Below are positions 1 through 7,720 of a DNA stretch of 32,000 nucleotides, piece after piece (the first letter of the stretch is position 1; every line of letters begins with the position of its first letter). Source of the DNA: Erysipelothrix inopinata (GTDB taxonomy: Bacteria; Bacillota_I; Bacilli_A; Erysipelotrichales; Erysipelotrichaceae); contig NZ_CP060715.1 in assembly GCF_014396165.1 (NCBI RefSeq), positions 810,001 through 842,000 on the forward strand, given 5' to 3'. The notes below the pieces were generated by a model, which worked only from the letters and a program-made list of their open reading frames with translations, did no database searches and was not told where the DNA came from. The position numbers and the translations under genes were made by a program.

Positions 1-326
1 TCGCCGCGAAACAACTACCTTATGAAACACTCATTGGTATGACGCATAAAACAACGAAAGCTAAACACAAGTTAGTCGGCTGGTATCTCGATGCTGCCTT
101 CACAACACCAGTTACAGCAGAAACAAAACTGACTGCTGATACAACAATCTATGCGAAATGGGAAGAAAATGAATCTCAAGTAAAACCTGGTATAAAAGAT
201 CCAGATAAAAATAAACCGACCTTACCAACTACCGGAGTTCAAAGTACAACTTTAACACTCTATGCTGTAGTTGCCGTTGGACTGATGCTAGTTCTCATTT
301 CAACCAGAAAAAAGAAAGAAAACTAG
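1..326 (+). CDS. 3' end of an LPXTG-anchored surface protein (Flg_new/Listeria-Bacteroides repeat plus sorting signal); 5' end outside window
   Basis: Frame 3 is open from base 3 (AAKQLPYETLIGMTHK...), so the M at 39 is internal. HKLVGWYLDAAFTTPV...TIYAKWEE is the same repeat type as in 11122-13200 and 18024-20123. LPTTG at 222-236 is followed by a hydrophobic helix and an RKKKEN tail. Confidence 0.85.
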   Translation, partial: AAKQLPYETLIGMTHKTTKAKHKLVGWYLDAAFTTPVTAETKLTADTTIYAKWEENESQVKPGIKDPDKNKPTLPTTGVQSTTLTLYAVVAVGLMLVLISTRKKKEN

Positions 327-366
327 ATATTGACGAATTGTAAGATTCTTCAAGAATAAAACTGAT

Positions 367-402
367 AAAAAGGCGAATCACGATATGATGATTCGCCTTT
401 TT
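367..402. terminator. Bidirectional rho-independent terminator between convergent genes
   Basis: 10-bp stem AGGCGAATCA (371-380) / TGATTCGCCT (389-398) with an A-tract upstream and a T-tract downstream. It lies between the + gene ending at 326 and glpK (-) ending at 461. Confidence 0.8.
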
Positions 403-460
403 CCTCTCATTATACTAGTTCAATATATTAATAATATGTATCTTTTTGATAATTACAAAG

Positions 461-1942
461 CTATTTTGAGGAAAGTGTCCGGTCAACAGCATTTGACCAA
501 TTTTCCAGAAGGTTTTCCCTGATAGCTGGTGGCATGTTTGTTTCATAAGTAGTACTTGGCGAGATGGTATTTTCAATTGATTGTTTATTTTCGAAGAATC
601 CTGTTGCGAGTCCAGCAAGGAAGCAAGCTCCTAGTGCAGTTGTCTCAGAAACTACGGGACGTGTAACTTCAATATCTAAGATGTCTGCTTGAAATTGCAT
701 TAAAAAATTATTCATAGAAGCGCCGCCATCAACGTTCAAATTCATGAGAGGAATATGACTATCACGTTCCATTGCTTTTAAGACATCATGGGTTTGGTAT
801 GCGATAGACTCTAGGGCTGCTCTAATGATATGTGAGCGATTAGAACTACGTGTTAGACCCGTAATTGTGCCCCTAGCGTCCATATCCCAGTAGGGTGCTC
901 CAAGACCTGTGAAAGCAGGAACAATAACAACTCCTTGAGTGTCCTCAACTGAGAGCGCGAATCGTTCCGATTCACTGGCATGATTAATGAGACAAAGTTC
1001 GTCACGAAGCCATTGAATGATAGCTCCTCCAATGAAGATAGAACCTTCTAGAGCATACTCAACATTGCCATCAATTCCTACCGCAATTGTACTAAGTAGG
1101 CCATTCTGACTATCGACTGCTTGGGTTCCAGTATTCATAAGTAAGAAACATCCAGTTCCATATGTGTTTTTTGCTTGTCCAGGGTAAAATGATTTTTGGC
1201 CGAAAAGAGCGGCTTGTTGATCTCCTGCGATTCCAGCAATCGGAATGCTAACATCTTGAATTGTCGTGTAACCGTAGATTTCTGAACTTGATTTTACTTC
1301 AGGTAAAATTTCTCGGGGAATATTCATAAGATTGAGTAATTCTTGATCCCACTGTAGCGTATGAATGTTAAAGATCATTGTACGAGATGCATTGGTAACA
1401 TCAGTAACATGCACCTCACGATTAGTTAGGTTGTATACTAACCACGAATCGACAGTCCCAAACATTAGTTCGCCACGTTTAGCTTGTTCATATGCGCCTT
1501 CAACATGATCGAGGATCCATTTAATTTTCGTTGCAGAAAAATAGGCGTCAACAATTAATCCAGTTTTCTTACGAATCATTTCAGCATGACCTTGTTCGAT
1601 GAGGTGGTGTGCATCCTCAGCTGTACGTCGACATTGCCAAACAATAGCGTTGTAAATTGGTTGTCCGGTTTTGCGATTCCAAATTAAAGTTGTTTCACGT
1701 TGGTTTGTGATTCCAATAGAATCAATTTCCTCGATTGCAATACCCGAACGAGCTATGACTTGGTTCATGGCTCCCATCTGTGTTGCCCATATTTCCATGG
1801 GATCTTGTTCTACCCAAGCAGCTTGGGGATAAATTTGTGTTAATTCAGTCTGTGCCATTGACACAACTTGATGATTTTTATCAAAAATGATTGCTCTAGA
1901 ACTCGTAGTGCCCTGATCTAAAGCGAGAATATATTTTTTCAT
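461..1942 (-). CDS. glpK: Glycerol kinase
   Basis: Translation [22 protein letters not shown]...[13 protein letters not shown]...VDGGAS is a typical FGGY-family GlpK of about 493 aa. The ATG at 1942 is preceded by GGAGGG (revcomp of 1947-1952). The track start at 2074 adds 44 aa with no RBS. Confidence 0.95.
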   Translation of the reverse strand: MKKYILALDQGTTSSRAIIFDKNHQVVSMAQTELTQIYPQAAWVEQDPMEIWATQMGAMNQVIARSGIAIEEIDSIGITNQRETTLIWNRKTGQPIYNAIVWQCRRTAEDAHHLIEQGHAEMIRKKTGLIVDAYFSATKIKWILDHVEGAYEQAKRGELMFGTVDSWLVYNLTNREVHVTDVTNASRTMIFNIHTLQWDQELLNLMNIPREILPEVKSSSEIYGYTTIQDVSIPIAGIAGDQQAALFGQKSFYPGQAKNTYGTGCFLLMNTGTQAVDSQNGLLSTIAVGIDGNVEYALEGSIFIGGAIIQWLRDELCLINHASESERFALSVEDTQGVVIVPAFTGLGAPYWDMDARGTITGLTRSSNRSHIIRAALESIAYQTHDVLKAMERDSHIPLMNLNVDGGASMNNFLMQFQADILDIEVTRPVVSETTALGACFLAGLATGFFENKQSIENTISPSTTYETNMPPAIRENLLENWSNAVDRTLSSK

Positions 1943-2144
1943 AGTACCCTCCGTACAAACATCATACAAAAATAAGTTAATAATTACATTAAAAACCAAG
2001 AAATACTTAGGGGAATGTGAATAAATGATGAGAATTTTATGTTGATATTGAGTCAATAACCTCATAATACGCACTTATCATCAGTGATTTTGATACTGTT
2101 AAAAATAATCGATTATTGACCATCACAAAGTCATGATTAACCTG

Positions 2145-2153
2145 TGTTATACT
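2145..2153 (+). promoter_or_regulatory. Candidate extended -10 promoter (TGtTATACT) for the deacetylase gene
   Basis: TG at 2145-2146, one spacer base, then TATACT at 2148-2153, about 29 nt upstream of the ATG at 2182. No convincing -35 element. Confidence 0.4.
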
Positions 2154-2181
2154 ATTTAAGTAGATAATGGGGGTAACAGAA

Positions 2182-3420
2182 ATGAAACTGAATAAGTGGT
2201 TAAAACCAACAAGTCATAAAGTAATCTTCTCTTTAATAATAGTTGCAGTCGTAATTGGAGGAGGATTCGGGATTAAAGCAATGGTAGAATCCATGAAACA
2301 ACCCGAAATTACCTTTAAAGAACCGATAACATTGGAATACGGACAGCATTCTGATGCTGACTCTGGAAGTGAAAATAGCGAACTCTTAGATATATTTAAA
2401 ATAGATTCGATGGTAGATAAAGAGACTTCAAAATTCGATGTTTTCTCTGTTTACGAAGAAGCGTTGACCGAAGAAAGTTATCAGCTTGAACCTATGAAAA
2501 TTGATACTAGCAAAGTAGGCGATTTTGAGGGAGTCTTATATGCAAAACTCGGTAAGAATATCGCTTCATTTCCATTCAAATATAGTGTGAAAGATACCCA
2601 AAAACCGGTACTTTCAAATATAGAAAATCTTGAAATTGAGCAGGGCGGAAATCTTAAACATGACTTTAAAGCAATTGACGTCGTAGATGGTGATCTTGAA
2701 GTGGTCATCGAAGGAGACTATGATGCCAATAAACCAGGTGAGTATAGTCTTGTTGCTACAGCAATCGATGCTAATGATAATAAGTCATCACAAGAGTTCA
2801 AGTTGACGGTGAAAGAAAAGAAAAAGGAAGTAGACACTTCCAAAGGCACAATTACTAATGGTAGCTCTGGTAAAAAAGTTGTAGCACTAACTTTTGATGA
2901 TGGACCACATCCAACCAATACACCACGCCTTCTTAATATTCTTGAAGAAAAAGGTGTTAAAGCGACATTCTTTATTCTTGGAGAAAGAGCTGATGAATAT
3001 CCAAATATCGTTAAACAAACACATGCTAAGGGACATGAAGTCGAAAATCACTCATATAGCCACCCTGATTTGGCAGGCGCAAGTCTTGCCGTGCTTGACA
3101 GAGAAGTAGAAAGAACAAACAAAATTATTGAATCATTAACAGGAAGACGTCCTACTTATTTTAGACCACCTTATGGTTCTTATAACAAACAGGTATCTGC
3201 TAACATCACAAATCAGATTGCCTTGTGGTCTGTTGATACACTGGACTGGAAGTCCCGTAATGCTGCCGCTGTTCAACAATCGGCAATGAGTCAAGTACAT
3301 AATGGGAGTGTCATTTTGATGCATGACATCCATTCCACAACGGTTGATGCGGTGGGACCCTTAATTGATTCTCTAAAAGCACAAGGATATACGTTTGTAA
3401 GATTAGATGAGCTTCGATAA
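2182..3420 (+). CDS. Membrane-anchored polysaccharide/peptidoglycan deacetylase (NodB domain) with an Ig-like (DUF5011-type) domain
   Basis: N-terminal TM helix (VIFSLIIVAVVIGGGFGI). The middle segment VVDGDLEVVIEGDYDANKPGEYSLVATAIDANDN is Ig-like. The C-terminal NodB motifs are ALTFDDGPHP, ENHSYSHP, RPPYG, LWSVDTLDW and ILMHD. The start could be 2167 (ATG) or 2182 (ATG with GGGGG 8 nt upstream), and I chose 2182. Confidence 0.85.
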   Translation: MKLNKWLKPTSHKVIFSLIIVAVVIGGGFGIKAMVESMKQPEITFKEPITLEYGQHSDADSGSENSELLDIFKIDSMVDKETSKFDVFSVYEEALTEESYQLEPMKIDTSKVGDFEGVLYAKLGKNIASFPFKYSVKDTQKPVLSNIENLEIEQGGNLKHDFKAIDVVDGDLEVVIEGDYDANKPGEYSLVATAIDANDNKSSQEFKLTVKEKKKEVDTSKGTITNGSSGKKVVALTFDDGPHPTNTPRLLNILEEKGVKATFFILGERADEYPNIVKQTHAKGHEVENHSYSHPDLAGASLAVLDREVERTNKIIESLTGRRPTYFRPPYGSYNKQVSANITNQIALWSVDTLDWKSRNAAAVQQSAMSQVHNGSVILMHDIHSTTVDAVGPLIDSLKAQGYTFVRLDELR

Positions 3421-3513
3421 CTATTAATAGAAACTTTTAAAAAAAAATAATTAAATTAAGATTGTAAAAATAGCTTGAGGGGAATTTCGTACATATAGAA
3501 AGGTGGAATTCCA

Positions 3514-4482
3514 ATGGAACACAAAGTTATAGATACGCATGCTCATCTTTGGCCAAACGGCTATTTAGATGCTTTAAAACAACAGGGATCAAACGATACT
3601 GATGTTGCAAGAGATATTGGAGCAGATGACTCCAATGAATCAATAAAAAAACGTATTAAAATGATGGATGAAGCAGGCGTAAAATTTCAAATTTTATCAG
3701 CTACACCACAATCACCACAGTGGGGTGATGAAGCAACTTGTGTCAAATTGGCTCAACAAATTAATAATCGCTATGCAGAAATTATGGAACAATATCCTGG
3801 AAGATTTAAAGCATATGCGGCAGTTCCATTACCTTACGTTGAAGCGTCAATTGAAGAGGCAAAACGCGCTATTACAGAGTTAGGATTTTACGGCGTAGCT
3901 GTGAATACCCTTATAAAAAATGAAATTCCAATGGGCGATGAGAAATTTGATGCGTTTTACGATGCGATTAATCAACTTGAGACGGTACTTTATATTCATC
4001 CAACAGGGTGTGGAGCTCATTCCTTCTTAGTTAATGACTATCATTTAGAATGGGTTATCGGAGCGCCAATTGAAGATATGATACTTCCTTTAATTGTGTT
4101 GAAAAAAGATTTACCCAATCGATACCCACAGATAAAATTTCATATTGCTCATCTCGGAGGGGGCTTACCTTTCTTGATGCAACGAATTGAAGATAATTAC
4201 GAAGATTGGAACGCTTTTACATCAAGTCCTACGAAAATGTTAAAGGAACATTTTTGGTTTGATGCCGCGAATTTCCATCAACCATCTCTAATCAGCTCAG
4301 TTGAAACTTTTGGGGTATCAAGAATTCTCATGGGAAGCGATTTTCCATACTTTCAAAATGATAAATATCTTCGTGCTGTGAGATATATAGAAAACAGCAG
4401 CTTACCAGAAGAGGAAATTGCCGATATACTCTATAATAATGCACAAGACTTATATGGAATTGATGAGTCAAGTAAGAAATAA
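3514..4482 (+). CDS. Amidohydrolase-2 family metal-dependent hydrolase/decarboxylase (ACMSD-like)
   Basis: N-terminal DTHAHLWP (HxH metal ligands), internal IHPTG, HLGGGLPF and GSDFPY motifs. RBS AAAGGTGG lies upstream of the ATG. 322 aa. Confidence 0.8.
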   Translation: MEHKVIDTHAHLWPNGYLDALKQQGSNDTDVARDIGADDSNESIKKRIKMMDEAGVKFQILSATPQSPQWGDEATCVKLAQQINNRYAEIMEQYPGRFKAYAAVPLPYVEASIEEAKRAITELGFYGVAVNTLIKNEIPMGDEKFDAFYDAINQLETVLYIHPTGCGAHSFLVNDYHLEWVIGAPIEDMILPLIVLKKDLPNRYPQIKFHIAHLGGGLPFLMQRIEDNYEDWNAFTSSPTKMLKEHFWFDAANFHQPSLISSVETFGVSRILMGSDFPYFQNDKYLRAVRYIENSSLPEEEIADILYNNAQDLYGIDESSKK

Positions 4483-4510
4483 TTGACTTTCAATGATGGT
4501 GTGATAGAAT
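4483..4510 (+). promoter_or_regulatory. Sigma-A type promoter TTGACT-16 nt-TGaTAGAAT feeding the MATE leader
   Basis: TTGACT at 4483-4488 starts directly after the amidohydrolase stop codon. TG at 4502-4503 and TAGAAT at 4505-4510. Predicted TSS near 4517. Confidence 0.55.
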
Positions 4511-4571
4511 ACACTGGAATACATCAGTAAGACTGCCGAGTCTGAAGATGCTCATCATATTAAAGCATGTA

Positions 4572-4604
4572 AGGCCTAAGTAAATGCTACTTAGGCCTTT
4601 TTTG
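4572..4604 (+). terminator. Strong intrinsic terminator located 7 nt upstream of the MATE RBS
   Basis: 11-bp perfect stem AGGCCTAAGTA (4572-4582) / TACTTAGGCCT (4588-4598), loop AATGC, then TTTTTGT. AGGAGG at 4611-4616 and ATG at 4621 follow. Confidence 0.85.
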
Positions 4605-4620
4605 TATTCTAGGAGGACAT

Positions 4621-5970
4621 ATGAACTATTCAAAAATGAGTAACCGCGATATAATTATTAAATTTGCGATACCGCAAATGATTGGATTGGTATTTAATTC
4701 AATTTACTTTATTATTGACGGTATATTTATCGGACAAAAATTGGGCTCTGATGCTCTTGCAGCAGCAGGTGTAGCTATTCCAGTAGTGGAAATTATGATT
4801 GCACTTTCAATGTTAATCTCTGTAGGTGCTGGAGTAGTAATATCTGCTTCATTAGGAAAAGGAAAAACTGAAGCTGCCAATAAAATGTTTAATAAAGCTA
4901 ACTTAATAACACTTGTATTAGCGTTTGCAATTGTGATTCTTGGGAACTTGTTTATTGAACCAATTGCTCGTTTAATGGGAGCCACGGATCTTATTATTGA
5001 TGATACCGTAGTTTACTTAAGATACTTCTTAACAGCATCACCGTTCCTAATATTTAGCTTTACTTTAAGTACGTTTGCAAGAAATGACAATGCTCCAAAA
5101 CTTGCGATGTGGGCTTTAATTGTAGGGTCTCTGTCTAACATTATTCTTGATTGGTTCTTTATGTATCCACTCGATATGGGTATGGCTGGAGCTGCACTTG
5201 CTACTTCTCTAGGTCCGGTTTTTAGTGTGATAATATTACTGCCTCATTTTCTGAAGAAAAAAGGTGTTCTACACTTCAAGCTAGAACTCTTTAAAATAAA
5301 AGATATTGTTTTAATTATTAGAAAAGGTCTTTCAGCATTTATTACAAACTTTTCTATTGGCCTAGTAACATTATTCTATAACCTGGCAATTAATCACAAT
5401 AACATGGGAGAAATTACACTCTCTGCATATGTCATAATAGGATACCTCGCACTGATTGCGCTGACAGCATTTCTTGGAGCCGCACAGGGAATTCAACCTG
5501 CTATTAGTTACTATAGTGGTAGTGGAGAAAATCATAAAATTAGGGAGCTATCACGTTTCTCAATTATATTTAATATTACGATTGGAATAATTCTAATGGT
5601 AATTATTTGGCTATTAGGTTCGTATATTATTAGTTTATTTACAATGGATACAAACCTCAATGCGTACACCAATAAAATCGCATCAATTTACTTTCTCAAC
5701 CTTGTTTTTGCAGCTGCAAATATTATGATTGCGACTATACTTCAAGCACTCAACCAACAAAAATATTCAACATATTTATCATTAATGCGATCTACAGTTC
5801 CGTTGATCTGTTTATTGTTAATACTTCCTATTTTAGTTGAGAGTGATGGCATTTGGTATGCGATAACACTAGTGGAAGGTATAACATTGGGAATATCGTA
5901 TATAATCTGGAAGAAAGTAATGGCCGAGAATAACGAAATGATTCAAGAGTTAGAATCCGCGTCTCTTTAA
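4621..5970 (+). CDS. MATE family efflux transporter
   Basis: 449 aa, hydrophobic throughout, consistent with about 12 TM segments. It shows the MatE-type N-terminal pattern (FAIPQMIGLVFNSIYFIIDGIFIGQKLGSDALAAAGVA) and an internal duplication. Perfect AGGAGG RBS. Confidence 0.85.
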   Translation: MNYSKMSNRDIIIKFAIPQMIGLVFNSIYFIIDGIFIGQKLGSDALAAAGVAIPVVEIMIALSMLISVGAGVVISASLGKGKTEAANKMFNKANLITLVLAFAIVILGNLFIEPIARLMGATDLIIDDTVVYLRYFLTASPFLIFSFTLSTFARNDNAPKLAMWALIVGSLSNIILDWFFMYPLDMGMAGAALATSLGPVFSVIILLPHFLKKKGVLHFKLELFKIKDIVLIIRKGLSAFITNFSIGLVTLFYNLAINHNNMGEITLSAYVIIGYLALIALTAFLGAAQGIQPAISYYSGSGENHKIRELSRFSIIFNITIGIILMVIIWLLGSYIISLFTMDTNLNAYTNKIASIYFLNLVFAAANIMIATILQALNQQKYSTYLSLMRSTVPLICLLLILPILVESDGIWYAITLVEGITLGISYIIWKKVMAENNEMIQELESASL

Positions 5971-7299
5971 ATCTTTGAGAATGTCACTATAAAATTCTCT
6001 TACATCAAAACCAGGGATGTTTTCTTTGTTGAGATCAATGATATCTGCATGGGTAATTCCTCTATTTCCAACTGGATCTACAATTGTGTTTGTGTCAAAA
6101 AAAGAAGCAGATTCAACAGAAACCAGACCATCATTTTTGCCATCGAAGTGCTTCACGATTGGATAGGTAATGTTAAGTGGGAATTTTCCAGAGCGGGAAG
6201 ATGTCGTATACGAAGCAAAAGATTGGTAGAAGATGCTTTCTGAGTTAGGCATTAGTGTATTCAGTCTTTTACATGTTTCGTCGGTAAGGTCTGTAACTCC
6301 GGCTAGAAAATCAGGCTTAGTATCCCCGAGCGCTTCGAAAGTTTGATTATACATTTTAGATATTCGTTTAACGGCGCGATCTGGCGCATTTTGAAGAAGA
6401 TAATTTGCAAAGATACACCCGTTATGAGGTGTGTTAATTGTGGAGAGTGAAGCAACTAAGTTCTCAACACCAAAATTTGATATTGCATACCGAGCATCTA
6501 AACCGCCTTTGGAGTGGGCGATAATATTTACCTTTTCACATCCAGTTGAATCAACAAGGTTTTGGATTCGTTGCGCTAGTTGTTTCCCGCATATTTCAAC
6601 AGATTGCGAAGATTCCTGCTCACCGTAATAGAGTGTTGCACCTCTTTGTTCAAGGAAACGTGGGATCCTTCCCCAATAGTTGAGATACTTGATGTCTCTA
6701 AAAAAAATACCATGGACAAAAAGTACTGGGTATTGGGTTTCACAGTCATTATTGTATGTAGGAAAATCTCCGAGGTAATCCTTTTGTGCTTCAAATTCTA
6801 GTTCATCGGTCACGGTATTAATTATTTTCGTAAGATACCAGATGTTAATGATAGGAATCCATCCACATATGAGTCCTTTAATTCTTGTTTTTAAACCTAA
6901 TTGAACTGAAGAAATATAGACACGAATCATTCCATTCCAAAAAATGAGAGACTCAAGAATAAAAATCCAAATAATTGTAAGAATGACAGCAAGTAAATTT
7001 GGTCTAAAAATAAAATAGTACCCAATATAGGATGGAATGATAAGAAGTAGCGATATTACAAAAATCTTTAAAGACTCATTACCTTGATATAACAAAGTGA
7101 GGTGTTTTCTTACGAAAGTTTGTTTGGGGTATTTTGTAAAAACTAGTAAGAACATTGCGACGGCACAGATAAAGACAAGCACGAGTTCAAAGTCTGATGT
7201 ATAATTTGCGATGAAAAGCGGAGCCATAATTATTAAAACTTGAAGAAATGCTAGAATAATTCGTTTAATTCGATCTTTAAACAGATAAATAGATGTCAT
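5950..7299 (-). CDS. Polytopic-membrane-anchored lipase/esterase (alpha/beta hydrolase)
   Basis: The N-terminal ~170 aa contain several hydrophobic helices. The C-terminal domain has VLFVHGIFF and the nucleophile elbow IIAHSKGG (GxSxG type). The ATG at 7299 is preceded by GAGAGG, whereas the track start at 7314 is a TTG. The 3' end overlaps the MATE gene by 21 bp. Confidence 0.75.
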   Translation of the reverse strand: MTSIYLFKDRIKRIILAFLQVLIIMAPLFIANYTSDFELVLVFICAVAMFLLVFTKYPKQTFVRKHLTLLYQGNESLKIFVISLLLIIPSYIGYYFIFRPNLLAVILTIIWIFILESLIFWNGMIRVYISSVQLGLKTRIKGLICGWIPIINIWYLTKIINTVTDELEFEAQKDYLGDFPTYNNDCETQYPVLFVHGIFFRDIKYLNYWGRIPRFLEQRGATLYYGEQESSQSVEICGKQLAQRIQNLVDSTGCEKVNIIAHSKGGLDARYAISNFGVENLVASLSTINTPHNGCIFANYLLQNAPDRAVKRISKMYNQTFEALGDTKPDFLAGVTDLTDETCKRLNTLMPNSESIFYQSFASYTTSSRSGKFPLNITYPIVKHFDGKNDGLVSVESASFFDTNTIVDPVGNRGITHADIIDLNKENIPGFDVREFYSDILKDLKRRGF

Positions 7300-7425
7300 A
7301 AAGAAACCTCTCAATTAAGTCTTCATTGTTAATTTAAGTGTAACACACATTATTAAATATAATAGAATATAATTTTGCATAAAAATTAAATATTTATAAT
7401 GATTTCTTTATTTATAGAATCTGTC

Positions 7426-7476
7426 ATTTTAATATAAATCAGCACAAATGTGAAATATTTGTGAATAATTGTAAAT
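7426..7476 (-). promoter_or_regulatory. Three phased direct repeats plus a candidate promoter (minus-strand reading TTTACA-N5-TTCACA-N5-TTCACA-N17-TAAAAT)
   Basis: The plus strand shows TGTGAA at 7449, TGTGAA at 7460 and TGTAAA at 7470, spaced 11 and 10 bp. On the minus strand the last box sits 17 nt from TAAAAT (revcomp of 7426-7431), upstream of the lipase gene. Confidence 0.35.
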
Positions 7477-7610
7477 GTTTATGAAAGGTAGATGAAGATA
7501 TCGACCGTAAGCTAGAAATAAGAAAACTGAATGATACTATTATCTTAAGTGGTCTACATTAGCGAGTAAATGTGTTCTTCGAAAAATATTGAAAGAAGGG
7601 GTCTTAGATT

Positions 7611-7639
7611 AATAAATCATATTTTAAATATGATTTATT
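7611..7639. repeat. Perfect 29-nt AT-rich palindrome upstream of the large adhesin gene
   Basis: AATAAATCATATTT-T-AAATATGATTTATT centred on 7625, 82-110 nt upstream of the ATG at 7721. Confidence 0.7.
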
Positions 7640-7720
7640 TTAATGTTCGTTGTATTGAGGATGGATATATTCGCGGAAATAATGTACACACTTCATAACT
7701 AAGAAAGGAATTTTATATTA

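Noticed and set aside
1943-2074. N-terminal extensions in the ORF track (glpK to 2074; also 11068, 16292, 17970, 24340, 7314, 27513, 13980, 29464)
   Set aside because: In each case an internal ATG has a properly spaced SD and begins a canonical N-terminus or signal peptide. The upstream extension has no SD, uses TTG/GTG or encodes junk.
4511-4571. Known riboswitch class (fluoride, guanidine, preQ1 and others) in the MATE leader
   Set aside because: The leader is only about 55 nt before the terminator. I could not match any conserved riboswitch core from memory, so it is reported only as a generic attenuator candidate.
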